A DNA stretch of 64,000 nt from contig CAZPQJ010000002.1 in NCBI GenBank assembly GCA_964588955.1, positions 58,078-122,077 on the forward strand, read 5' to 3'. The notes beneath the pieces were generated by a model. The model was not told the origin of the DNA, made no database searches, and saw only the letters and a program-made list of their open reading frames with translations. Position numbers and translations under genes: made by a program. Below are positions 56,201 through 64,000 of the stretch, piece after piece; within the stretch, counting starts at the first letter, position 1, and each line of letters starts with the position of its first letter. The stretch is from an uncultured Gammaproteobacteria bacterium. Its GTDB lineage: Bacteria > Patescibacteriota > Patescibacteriia > UBA9934 > CAMTUG01.

Positions 56201-58253
56201 CCAACCCCCAACCAGAAATATCAACCGCGCCGGCCCCAATTGTCGACACGTTATCTGTAATGTTTACAACGCCTGTTTCTATCTCTAAGTTCGTTCCTGT
56301 ATCAACAACAACAGTGCGATTAAACCCACCCACGGATCCAGAAATGTTTGTGTCGGGAAGTCCGGTGAGTGTTGCGTTTTGTGTTGCTGTAAGAAGTGAT
56401 CCTGAGGAAAGCGCGGTAGACGTCGTGGAGAGGGCTAAGCCTGTGCCGGTGGTTAAACTGTTGGCGTTGTAGGTGAGACCGGTGGTGCCGGCACCAGTAA
56501 AGTTTTGTGTCCAGGTGTTGGTTGATTGGTTGAGGGTGAGGGCGGCGTCCAAAGCGAGGGTGTCAGACAGTTCCGTGAAGTCTAAACAATCCGTACAAGC
56601 AAAGTCTGCCGCCGTCACCGTGCCGGAGAAGTCACCGGCTGCGGCGAAAAGATTGTCCCAGCGTGTTCCCGTTGCGCCAATATCGGCCGATCCAGCACCA
56701 AGCTGCGGCAAGAAATCATCATCAGCGCCAAGTTGGACCGTGCCAGAGGAATCGATAGTTAATGTGCCATCGCTTGTGATGTCGTCGCCGTTCACGGCCA
56801 GATCACCGGCGGTGGTGATACTGCCCGTACCAACCGTGACGGCAAAGTTCGCTCCACCTACGGTCAAGTTGGCAGTTGTAACGTCGAGACCGTTGGTGGC
56901 ATCCACGTTTCCTCCAAAAGTTACTTGCCCGGTAGAACCAAAGTTGAGCGCTCCAATGCCGGAGGTCGACAACGTAAATCCTGCAGTAGCAATGCTGGTG
57001 GCCGCGTCGAGAGTCAACGCGTCGCTCAGTTCGGCAAAGTCCAGACAGTCGGTGCATGCAAAGTCTGCGCCAGTTACTGTGCCGGAGAAGTCGCCAGCGA
57101 CGGCAAAGAGATTATCCCATCGCGTTCCTGTGGCACCGACGTCTGCTGATCCCGCGCCAAGCTGCGGCAAGAAATCATCATCAGTGCCAAGTTGAACCGT
57201 ACCAGAGGAATCGATAGTTAATGTGCCATCGCTTGTGATGTCGTCGCCGTTCACAGCGAGATCGCCAGCCGTGGTGATGGATCCTGTGCCGACAGTAACC
57301 GCAAAGTTGGCGCCGCCGACAGTCAAGTTAGCTGTTGTTACATCAAGTCCATTTGTTGCATCGACGTTTCCGCCAAAGGTGACTTGTCCCGTTGAACCAA
57401 AGTTTAACGCGCCGATGCCGGAGGTCGACAACGTAAATCCTGCCGTGGCAATGTCCGTAGCTGCGTCGAGAGTCAATGCGTCGCTCAGTTCGGCAAAGTC
57501 CAGACAGTCGGTGCATGTCAGATCACTGACACTTACCGAGCCGGCAATGGTAGTGTCGCCTTCGGCGTCGACACGGAAAGCTGAGGTGCCGTTGTTTGCT
57601 ACACCAAAAAGCGTTTCGTTAGCAGCTGGTGCGGCCGGGTTTATATAGACAGACCCTTGATTAACCCCTGCACCTTGTGGATCTCCAGTTAAGACAAGAT
57701 TGCCGTTGCTGGTGGCAACGGGAACAAAGGCGGAAGTGCCACCTGATTGTGAACTTGTGAAACCATCGAGCGCCCCGGCATTTAAGGCATAAGCTTGAGC
57801 CACAATCTTTTTTCGTGGCACCAAGGTTTCCCCGTTAATGGCCACTTCCAACCAGACGTTGGCGTTTTGGGTAAAGACCGTGCTAGCAATGGCGGCATAG
57901 CCATCGCCTGTGTCACCAAGATTTTCTGAAAAAAGTCCGTCAGTTAGCGTTACGGTTTGTTCCGTTACTGCCCCAGCCCCGCCGTTACAGGTGCTAGAGT
58001 CATTGGACCACAAACAGGTACCGGCAGCAGCGTCATCATAAAAAGCGAAGGTGATATCAGCGGTGGCGTCGGCAATCGGGTTACCAGCGTTATCAAGAAT
58101 ACGCCCCTGGTAGGCGAGAATAGCATTTGGTGAGGCGCTGAAACCATTTTGAATCAATTGCGAAAGCAATCCTACGATCGCCAGAACAACACCAAAGAAG
58201 ACGATGGTGTTGCGTCTTGTATTGGTTGTGTATTGGCGGTCGATGAAGGGCAT
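53286..58253 (-). CDS. giant membrane-anchored tail-fibre-like adhesin (1655 aa) with chaperone/peptidase-G2-like region
   Basis: N-terminal TM, YQGR...PR..AYA domain, 153-aa repeats, ADFAEWY...GIIST...VALNGRVP..V..ENGPI.PGD motif, Ser/Thr/Pro/acidic tail. Confidence 0.8.
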   Translation of the reverse strand: MPFIDRQYTTNTRRNTIVFFGVVLAIVGLLSQLIQNGFSASPNAILAYQGRILDNAGNPIADATADITFAFYDDAAAGTCLWSNDSSTCNGGAGAVTEQTVTLTDGLFSENLGDTGDGYAAIASTVFTQNANVWLEVAINGETLVPRKKIVAQAYALNAGALDGFTSSQSGGTSAFVPVATSNGNLVLTGDPQGAGVNQGSVYINPAAPAANETLFGVANNGTSAFRVDAEGDTTIAGSVSVSDLTCTDCLDFAELSDALTLDAATDIATAGFTLSTSGIGALNFGSTGQVTFGGNVDATNGLDVTTANLTVGGANFAVTVGTGSITTAGDLAVNGDDITSDGTLTIDSSGTVQLGTDDDFLPQLGAGSADVGATGTRWDNLFAVAGDFSGTVTGADFACTDCLDFAELSDALTLDAATSIATAGFTLSTSGIGALNFGSTGQVTFGGNVDATNGLDVTTANLTVGGANFAVTVGTGSITTAGDLAVNGDDITSDGTLTIDSSGTVQLGADDDFLPQLGAGSADIGATGTRWDNLFAAAGDFSGTVTAADFACTDCLDFTELSDTLALDAALTLNQSTNTWTQNFTGAGTTGLTYNANSLTTGTGLALSTTSTALSSGSLLTATQNATLTGLPDTNISGSVGGFNRTVVVDTGTNLEIETGVVNITDNVSTIGAGAVDISGWGLGVTQAGLGDAIFARNTSATNTDNVLLITHAGNGSLISGTASFATTANTVDIAAPSLTTGQALKITTGNFTDDSGRALFIDTGETAAAADLILLQDDFGGANNDIFRVEGDGEVFSDIGFSAGASGTTNFLDNSIVSTGTFTLDSSGTVQLGTDDDFLPQLGAGSADIGATGTRWDNLFSVVGDYSDSVNIAAADAPTVDMLSITNTGQATTTANVDGLSLTFGATNSTNNLLHLVPSYTGNGSDTYSVLAVDAFTATTSGTDFVNGISIGALTDAGGGTINSTGISLGTGWDIGISGNGFYFDGNGALNITPSTNATALTLTGTNVTSNTLLSLAARTTSGTLLNTAFGGATTQTGGLTGLNLDMSTNLTGANNQFIKGAVVTTLGGTRSGGGTEGLTAYSALSGAAITQNTAAGAITWNGYLATIPAITQTTGSVQANGVNIAFPDTGAITTGGQETGINITAPTTGPAAGTMIGLNIGTITTPGAGTEQGIVIGNGWDTAITVNSGKFAVASTGITSVNLNGTATTNGLCHSGANVDAATDATRDIVACSGAPADFAEWYETDGSVAAGDVVALSDQTITYTANESNAFTGEILRATSQKTLPILTLASSASGSKTFGIISTSPIQVIGSDLKEQAEHPQPVALNGRVPLHVNDENGPIAPGDALTPSSTPGFARKANSGEAIVATALSSLTSGQGTIQVFVRYGAGQIVNDSASVNTASDTHSGSLSSLSLDGDLYLNGHQIINIGRLVGIADNWSVEEDGTFITTKTYTAEVDTLQGGTATVTATMSPQTTITLSGTSELNNGEAQIDFEDIDPNFNDIISPVAEIRVLVTANGPTDPLYVSEKDNNGFSVQESGGSSDVSFDWLVIAYRNGYEPSEALVPTTTPEVTPSETSTEEPALSETSADTAPPSDTPTTEPTTDTADTTTSTEPTESADPVSSSSDTPTDAAPTDSVPPAPDTSADTAPTP
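56540..57520 (-). repeat. 459-bp (153-aa) intragenic tandem repeat, 2 copies plus partial
   Basis: CTDCLDF codons recur at 57501, 57042 and 56583; another partial copy near 55670-55790. Confidence 0.85.
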
Positions 58254-58258
58254 AGATG

Positions 58259-61200
58259 CTAGGAGTTTTGGTTTGTCTTTTTTTGCAGGGTCACGTCGAT
58301 GGCAACTTCGTCGGCTTGGTGTGGATGCTTACTCATCACCGGATGCAGTTCTTGTTTTTCATACCCCGGTTTTTCATAAGTGGCGTAGTAGACATCAGGA
58401 CCAATAAGGAGACTGTAGCGTCCTTTTTCATCGGTAATGGTGGACTCCAGTAACTTATTATACTTTGGTTCAAAGATGCGGACGATAGCATTTTTTATGG
58501 GGTGACCAGATTCATCAGCATAGACGATTCCCCAATCTTTCGGCTTTTTCAATCGTGATAAACGCCAAGAAAGTCCGAAGGCAAGACACTGGAAGACAAG
58601 TCCGGCAAAACTGAGCCACGAAGGCCGCACCGCGGCAATCATGAGTGCGAGCAGAACACCGATCGGTGCGATCGCTGCCATTAAGCGACGCAAGAAGCGC
58701 TTACGGCGCATGGCGGCGGGTTCGTGCTCTGGTCCGGTTCCGCTTGGATCGAGTGGAATGTTGGCGGCAACGCGCGCGCCGTCAGCTTTTACCAATACGT
58801 TTTCTCCATGATAGATGTCCAAACGATCACCATCAACGGTTTTATTTTCGGTCAACAAGCTTGGGAAGACAAATGATGGTTTTGAGACATCAAGACGGTA
58901 TTCTCCCGGTCGGGTCAGAAAGAAGTAGCGCCCTTCCTTGTCGGTTACACGACTGGCGATGAGTTGGTTGTCTGGCAGACGATAGAGACGAACAATCGCA
59001 AGGTCGATTGGCAGCTTTGTTGCTGCGTTGTAGACCACCCCCCACGTTTTTCGTCGTTTACGGGCGAAGAACAAGAACGGCGAAGTGAAGATGTACTGCA
59101 GAAAGGGGAGTGCATTGAATGACGTGACCAATACTCCGGCGGAGAGGGCACCGAGCGTGATGGTGGTAGGAATGATTACCTCTGTGCCTGCTTGCACCTG
59201 TGGAATGTCTCGCAGGGTTTGCAGAGCTCCAGTTACGTTTTGAACAAGCGATCCAACAGCCCCAACCACTTGTTCCGGTAGCGGTGTTTCTTCTGCACCG
59301 ACAATGGGCGGCACAATGTGTTTCGTAAGTAAGACATTAACCGTAGCAATATTTTTGCTGACGATGAACGCCCCGCTCGCCCCGTTTTCATAGCCTGCTT
59401 TGCTAGCCTCCACTTTGTACAAACCGTTTTTTGTATACCAGGCGAAGGTACCCACCGACCCACTAGTAGTGGGGTTCGTTTGCTTGCCAAAGGCGAAGAG
59501 GTTTGCAAGTGACCAGCTTCCGTTGCTGCTCTGTACGAGTGAAACAACAGCTTGCGCGACGCGATTCACTCGGTTGTCGATGACTTCGTACGTGTAGCCC
59601 AGGTCAATAACCTGGAGCACGAAGGCAAAGTCTTGAACGCTGCCATCGGCAAAAACCAGTCGTAGTGCAAGAGGAGTATTGCCGCTTGCCCCTGGTGTCG
59701 TAATCGTGGCCGCGTAAAAGGCCGCGAGATCTGTGGCGGTAACGGTATTGAGTAGATAGGCCGATGTGCCAATCGTCAAATAGATCTCGGAGACCGTTTG
59801 GTCAACAATGGCGGTCGTGGGGATGCGAATCGTCAGAGCCGAATCGGGAATGACAGCAATGGATCCATCGCTTTCCGCAAGGGTAATTGTTTCTTCGGCG
59901 ACCAGAAACGAAATGTCCTCACGGGCAATGCCGGTTCCGGGTTCGGTTTCCGGGCCTTGGGGAATTTCCGGTTCTTCGGCGCATACGTCACCTTCGTCTA
60001 TAGAACCGTCGCAGTTGTCGTCGACAAGATTACATGTTTCCGTGGCGCCTGGGTGGATGCTGGTGTTGTTGTCATTGCAATCAACATCCGCGTTGTAACC
60101 ATCGTTGTCGACGTCTGTATCTGCACTTTCTGCGCACATATCGCCTTCGTCTACGACGCTGTCGCAATTGTTGTCGACGCTGTCGCAGATTTCGGTGGCT
60201 CCTGGATGAACCGCCGCGTCGGCGTCGTTGCAGTCAGGACCAACATCGTAACCATCATTATCGGCGTCGTTGTCTACGGGCTCTTCGGTACAGACGTCAC
60301 CTTCGTCTATAGAACCGTCGCAGTTGTCGTCGACAAGATTACATGTTTCCGTGGCGCCTGGGTGGATGCTGGCGTCTGTATCGTTGCAATCGAGATCGGC
60401 GGTATAGCCGTCGGCGTCAGTGTCAATTGGCGTCTCTTCCTCTGCGCGAGGTGTGCAAGAGACAATCGCTCCCGACGCTTCGTTTCCAGCTGTGTCGTAG
60501 GAAAATCCGCCACAATAGTAGGTGGTGTCGTTAGAAAGCCCGCCCGCTGTTGTTGAAGTGTCGCTTGGTTCGCCGGTAAAGACACGCGAACCAATGCTCG
60601 AACTGGCGGGGTATCCGCTGGTTGAACAGTTGATTTTTACGCCGGCCAAGTCGTCATCAGACGGCATGGACCAGGCAAAGTCAATTGTGGTATCGCCAGC
60701 AGAACAGATAAAGCCGGAAATGTTGGCTGGTGCGGTGTCGTGTTCAGTTGTAAAGGACAATGGACCTTCGTCAGACGCGTTAAGACTTGCATCCTCACAG
60801 TGAATAAGGAAGAAGTATTCCGTATCTGGAGTAAGACCAGAAAGCCCCACACTATGGGAAGTTCCTGAACTGCCTTCAGATGCTGAACTGCCGTAACCGG
60901 CCGTCTCTCCATAAGAAACAGAACAGCTTGCCAATTCGTCGGTGTCCCAAACGATCGTAGCTGACGTTTCGGCTATGTCGATGACGTCGATGTTGCTGAT
61001 AACTGGGGCGGTCGTGTCATCATCTCCCCCGCCTCCATCACAGTCGCTGCAACCGCCTCCGCTATGATTTAGGTTGACGACCAGTCCAACGTCGACGGTT
61101 CCGTCGGTCATGGTGGTAAAGGTGACAGTACTGGTGTCGCCGAATGTTCCCCCAATCGATAGAGAATAGGCAGAGACAGATGATGGATTGACGATTTGGT

Positions 61201-61663
61201 GTGACCCCGTGCCGGAACTGGTGGCATTAGTGCCGAGGCGTACCTCGACGGCGCTTGCGGGAGCAATCGCTCCACCATCGCCCGCACATAGGGTAATGGT
61301 GACCACGTCGCCGGCGACTACTACGGAAGCTTGCTCGGCTCCGGAACAATCGGCGGCGGTGGTCAGTTGGACGGCATCGTCAAGAATATCGACGTCGTCT
61401 TCAACAATCGTGGAACTATCAAAATCTGTTGGGAAGGTAATGGTGATCGTTTCGCCTTCGTTAGCCCCGCTTGGGGTGGTGAAGGCAAAGTCGTGGTTCG
61501 ATGCTTGGCCTTGCGTCTGGTTGCTCATGGTGTCGGTGACGCCCGTAAGCGCCGCCGCCTCGGCTTCTGGAATAGCGTGAAATACTCCCAGGTTGACGAA
61601 CAGCATCACCGAAAGACAGATGGCAGATAGGCGTTTGAGCAAAGATTGTTTCACACGTCTCAA
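58259..61663 (-). CDS. large surface protein: FN3 domains, three MopE-like Cys/Asp repeats, carboxypeptidase-regulatory-like domains, C-terminal TMs
   Basis: DxDxDGY..DCND.D..IHPGATE.C..VDDNCDG..DEG x3; TDKEGRY and TDEKGRY motifs. Confidence 0.8.
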   Translation of the reverse strand: MRRVKQSLLKRLSAICLSVMLFVNLGVFHAIPEAEAAALTGVTDTMSNQTQGQASNHDFAFTTPSGANEGETITITFPTDFDSSTIVEDDVDILDDAVQLTTAADCSGAEQASVVVAGDVVTITLCAGDGGAIAPASAVEVRLGTNATSSGTGSHQIVNPSSVSAYSLSIGGTFGDTSTVTFTTMTDGTVDVGLVVNLNHSGGGCSDCDGGGGDDDTTAPVISNIDVIDIAETSATIVWDTDELASCSVSYGETAGYGSSASEGSSGTSHSVGLSGLTPDTEYFFLIHCEDASLNASDEGPLSFTTEHDTAPANISGFICSAGDTTIDFAWSMPSDDDLAGVKINCSTSGYPASSSIGSRVFTGEPSDTSTTAGGLSNDTTYYCGGFSYDTAGNEASGAIVSCTPRAEEETPIDTDADGYTADLDCNDTDASIHPGATETCNLVDDNCDGSIDEGDVCTEEPVDNDADNDGYDVGPDCNDADAAVHPGATEICDSVDNNCDSVVDEGDMCAESADTDVDNDGYNADVDCNDNNTSIHPGATETCNLVDDNCDGSIDEGDVCAEEPEIPQGPETEPGTGIAREDISFLVAEETITLAESDGSIAVIPDSALTIRIPTTAIVDQTVSEIYLTIGTSAYLLNTVTATDLAAFYAATITTPGASGNTPLALRLVFADGSVQDFAFVLQVIDLGYTYEVIDNRVNRVAQAVVSLVQSSNGSWSLANLFAFGKQTNPTTSGSVGTFAWYTKNGLYKVEASKAGYENGASGAFIVSKNIATVNVLLTKHIVPPIVGAEETPLPEQVVGAVGSLVQNVTGALQTLRDIPQVQAGTEVIIPTTITLGALSAGVLVTSFNALPFLQYIFTSPFLFFARKRRKTWGVVYNAATKLPIDLAIVRLYRLPDNQLIASRVTDKEGRYFFLTRPGEYRLDVSKPSFVFPSLLTENKTVDGDRLDIYHGENVLVKADGARVAANIPLDPSGTGPEHEPAAMRRKRFLRRLMAAIAPIGVLLALMIAAVRPSWLSFAGLVFQCLAFGLSWRLSRLKKPKDWGIVYADESGHPIKNAIVRIFEPKYNKLLESTITDEKGRYSLLIGPDVYYATYEKPGYEKQELHPVMSKHPHQADEVAIDVTLQKKTNQNS
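59985..60372. repeat. 79-bp exact direct repeat (59985-60063 and 60294-60372)
   Basis: identical DNA in MopE-like repeats 1 and 3. Confidence 0.8.
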
Positions 61664-62589
61664 GGCATCTTCTTAAAGCGCACATGTTTGGCGGTAAGGA
61701 CGATAAAGAAAACGAGCGCTGCGGCGATGGTGATCAGTTGATAGGGGATGATCCAGAAGATCGTTTTTGCGGTAAATGGTTGCTCAGTTCCCGGTACGCT
61801 TGCAGTAAGGATTGCCTGATACGGTCCAAGACCAAAGTTTTTCCACTCTCTGACGATTTCCGGGGTACCGTCAGGGACTTCCGCTTTTTGCCAGGTCGTT
61901 ACAAAGTTTCTTACAGAGCTTTGCAAGACACGTCCGTTGTCTGGATTCAGATTAATCTGTGTGCGTTCTTGTCCGAGCACGTTTACGATAGTGATCGATC
62001 CTGTTGGCGCGAAGACCGTGTCTCCGCTATTGCCGAAGCGGGTGGAAAAGACTTCTGGCAAATGGGTGGCAAAGTGAGGGGCAGAAAAAGAAAGGAGCGT
62101 GCCCTCTGTTTTGGCTTCGCCGGTGACGTTAAGAAAAACGAGCGAACCAATCTCGGTATTAATCGAGACGTCTTCATTCGGCGCGGTGGCGCCAAACAAT
62201 AATGCCGCGCGATAGTCTCCGGGGTGTGCATCTAATGGTACCTGGACGGTGAAATGAACTTCGCGACTTTCACCTGCGCTTAAGACAACCCCTCCGTTGT
62301 TTAAGCGAATCCATGTTGCCATCGATCGGGTGTCGTTGGCCGGTTCAGTACGGGAGAAAACGGGGGTACCGCTTTCATCTGTACTAGCTGAAAAGTCACG
62401 GACAGAAAGGACGTAAGCTGACTCCGTCGCGCTCTCGTTATGGAGACGGATACTTCCCGTGGTCTCTGTTCCTGGAGCTGCAGAGAGTTCCAGTAACAGT
62501 GGCCACACACTTGTGGCACTTGCTGTTCCTGATGGCTTCAGGAGGGCAAGTACAAGTAGACTAAGGATTAAAACGTATTTCCTCCGCAT
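61660..62589 (-). CDS. DUF916/WxL-binding-like surface protein with C-terminal TM
   Basis: V.P...EL...PG, W, VPLDAHPGDY, F.N.G....P.G and G.Y motifs; TM plus basic tail. Confidence 0.7.
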   Translation of the reverse strand: MRRKYVLILSLLVLALLKPSGTASATSVWPLLLELSAAPGTETTGSIRLHNESATESAYVLSVRDFSASTDESGTPVFSRTEPANDTRSMATWIRLNNGGVVLSAGESREVHFTVQVPLDAHPGDYRAALLFGATAPNEDVSINTEIGSLVFLNVTGEAKTEGTLLSFSAPHFATHLPEVFSTRFGNSGDTVFAPTGSITIVNVLGQERTQINLNPDNGRVLQSSVRNFVTTWQKAEVPDGTPEIVREWKNFGLGPYQAILTASVPGTEQPFTAKTIFWIIPYQLITIAAALVFFIVLTAKHVRFKKMP

Positions 62590-62645
62590 AATCTTTCCCG
62601 CCGTACACTGTCGACGTGATGGTCGACAGCACGCGGCGGGGCAGG

Positions 62646-63581
62646 TTAATAGTTTCCGGTTGCTATGAAGGTAAGAGTCTGGCCGTAGGTGCCGTCGGCG
62701 GTAGCGGCATCATCGACGGATACTTTCAAGGTGACAAATCCTCTGTCAGCAAGGGCAGTCGTAGGAGATGTACCAATGGCCTGGGGTGTGGTGGTGATCG
62801 CCGTATCTTGTGAATCGAAGGTTGAGGTGGCGATTGTTGTGTCAGACGATCGCGCGCCATACTCTTCGGCACCAGCGGTAACTGCCGCATCGGCGACGTC
62901 GTCAATGTCGTTTGATCCCGTTCGCAGATTTCCGTCGTCAAAGAGCTGGACAGAATACCCATTTTCTGTGGCTGCGGTGATTTCCCAGCTCACTAAGGAG
63001 GTTCTCAGTTCCGCAGTGCTTAATGTGCCGAATGATGTTGTCGCTCCTTCGAGCAAGTACACGCTGTCACTGCTTCCGTCGATGACGGGAGATGTGCCCC
63101 CATCGGTTAGGCTGTCAAAAACGATCGTGGTCGCTGTGGTGCTAGTAATCTTTCCGAAAGCACTCACTTGGCTTGCGCCAACGTCTTGGATAACGGCCGC
63201 ATACGCCCCTACACTAAATCCGACAGATGACGTGACTGTTGCGGTTAGTCCGCTTAGATCAGAAGTATCTGTTCGTGTACCAATTTGTTCAGCGTTCACC
63301 TGGAAGGAGAGAAGCTGATCTTCAACTCCGCCACGGTAACCCGCGCTCAACTGGTAGGACGCACTGTCCGATGGTCCGATGGCCGGATTGCCAACGGTGT
63401 CTCGAAGACCGTACGAGGCAGAGGAGCTGGAGTCTGAACCTCCGCTGGAAACTGTATCCCAATCGATTCGGTAATCAATTGAGCTCATGCTTGCTTGCAC
63501 ATTCGGCGCAAACGAAATAGCGAATATGAAAAAGGCTATGAAAGGCACGGAAACCTTTGATGAACACATTTTTTGTTTCAT
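62646..63581 (-). CDS. secreted beta-rich surface protein (WxL-like C-terminus)
   Basis: signal peptide, MSS.DY.I.WD, GY.V and GTYGQTLTFIATGNY C-terminus. Confidence 0.7.
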   Translation of the reverse strand: MKQKMCSSKVSVPFIAFFIFAISFAPNVQASMSSIDYRIDWDTVSSGGSDSSSSASYGLRDTVGNPAIGPSDSASYQLSAGYRGGVEDQLLSFQVNAEQIGTRTDTSDLSGLTATVTSSVGFSVGAYAAVIQDVGASQVSAFGKITSTTATTIVFDSLTDGGTSPVIDGSSDSVYLLEGATTSFGTLSTAELRTSLVSWEITAATENGYSVQLFDDGNLRTGSNDIDDVADAAVTAGAEEYGARSSDTTIATSTFDSQDTAITTTPQAIGTSPTTALADRGFVTLKVSVDDAATADGTYGQTLTFIATGNY

Positions 63582-63665
63582 ACTTCAGCTCATAGAGTAT
63601 TTTATCAAAAAAAAGCCCTCGGGTCAAGTATTTTTATAGCTAATATTAGCAAATAAAATAATTTT

Positions 63666-63789
63666 TTGTTCACACAACTGTGGACAAATAGAAATTCTAA
63701 TTAAATTAATGTTAATAACATAGATATCCACAGCATATTCTTATTTGTCAAGACCAGTCTTGCCAAGTTGGAATTATATATGTGAATAA
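63666..63789. promoter_or_regulatory. AT-rich DnaA-box cluster
   Basis: TGTGGACAA 63679, ATATCCACA 63724, TGTGAATAA 63781, TTGTTCACA 63666. Confidence 0.5.
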
Positions 63790-63817
63790 GTTTGATAATA
63801 ATGTTAATAACACAAAT

Positions 63818-63833
63818 TGTTTCACGTGAAACA
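63818..63833. other. parS centromere site
   Basis: perfect palindrome TGTTTCACGTGAAACA matching the canonical parS. Confidence 0.9.
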
Positions 63834-64000
63834 TCCTTGCTTTAGTACCCATCCCACGTCCGGGGCAGACGTTGTCCTTGAGCAGAAGGCCTAAAGAAAC
63901 AACCCAACGGATCGAGCTCAGAATTGCAGATATCTATCCTGTCTGTGTTCATTTGTTATGTTTGTCCGACTTTCAGCCCGTCGCTCGAACCGTTGGTCGG

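Noticed and set aside
63600-63833. Primary oriC at the AT-rich DnaA-box/parS site
   Set aside because: By eye, strand composition flips between dnaN and dnaA rather than here. It is kept only as a secondary site.

Overview
The window is the replication-origin region of a bacterial chromosome at about 50% GC, using the standard code 11. Gene content and style point to Patescibacteria/CPR (an inference): a tandem VirB2/TrbC-like pilin array, giant surface proteins and mostly SD-less core genes. Core content includes dnaN-oriC-dnaA, rpmH-rnpA-yidD, recA, ftsK, efp-epmA, rpsF-ssb-rpsR, ychF, tRNA-Cys, tRNA-Ala, ddl, a class A PBP, galU, a livKHMGF transporter, a small Fe-S cluster (VIT1-iscS-iscU-ferredoxin-reductase), a four-gene cell-surface cluster and a perfect parS site. 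Four features stand out. (1) Seven scattered GC-rich genes, mostly orphans, carry Shine-Dalgarno sites (several also have full -35/-10 promoters), whereas many core genes look leaderless. (2) A ~125-nt long-hairpin element with covarying stems and a conserved GA-GACGTAT/ATACGTC-GA core occurs twice: at the 3' end of the pilin array and in the 5' UTR of rpsF. (3) Three microproteins are missing from the ORF track: an 8-Cys metallothionein-like, a hyperacidic and a lysine-rich peptide. (4) There is a NifU with a Cys-less BFD-like domain, a structured leader on a 3D-domain gene, and dispersed MITE/REP-like repeats. All calls come from reading the sequence by eye; no searches were run.
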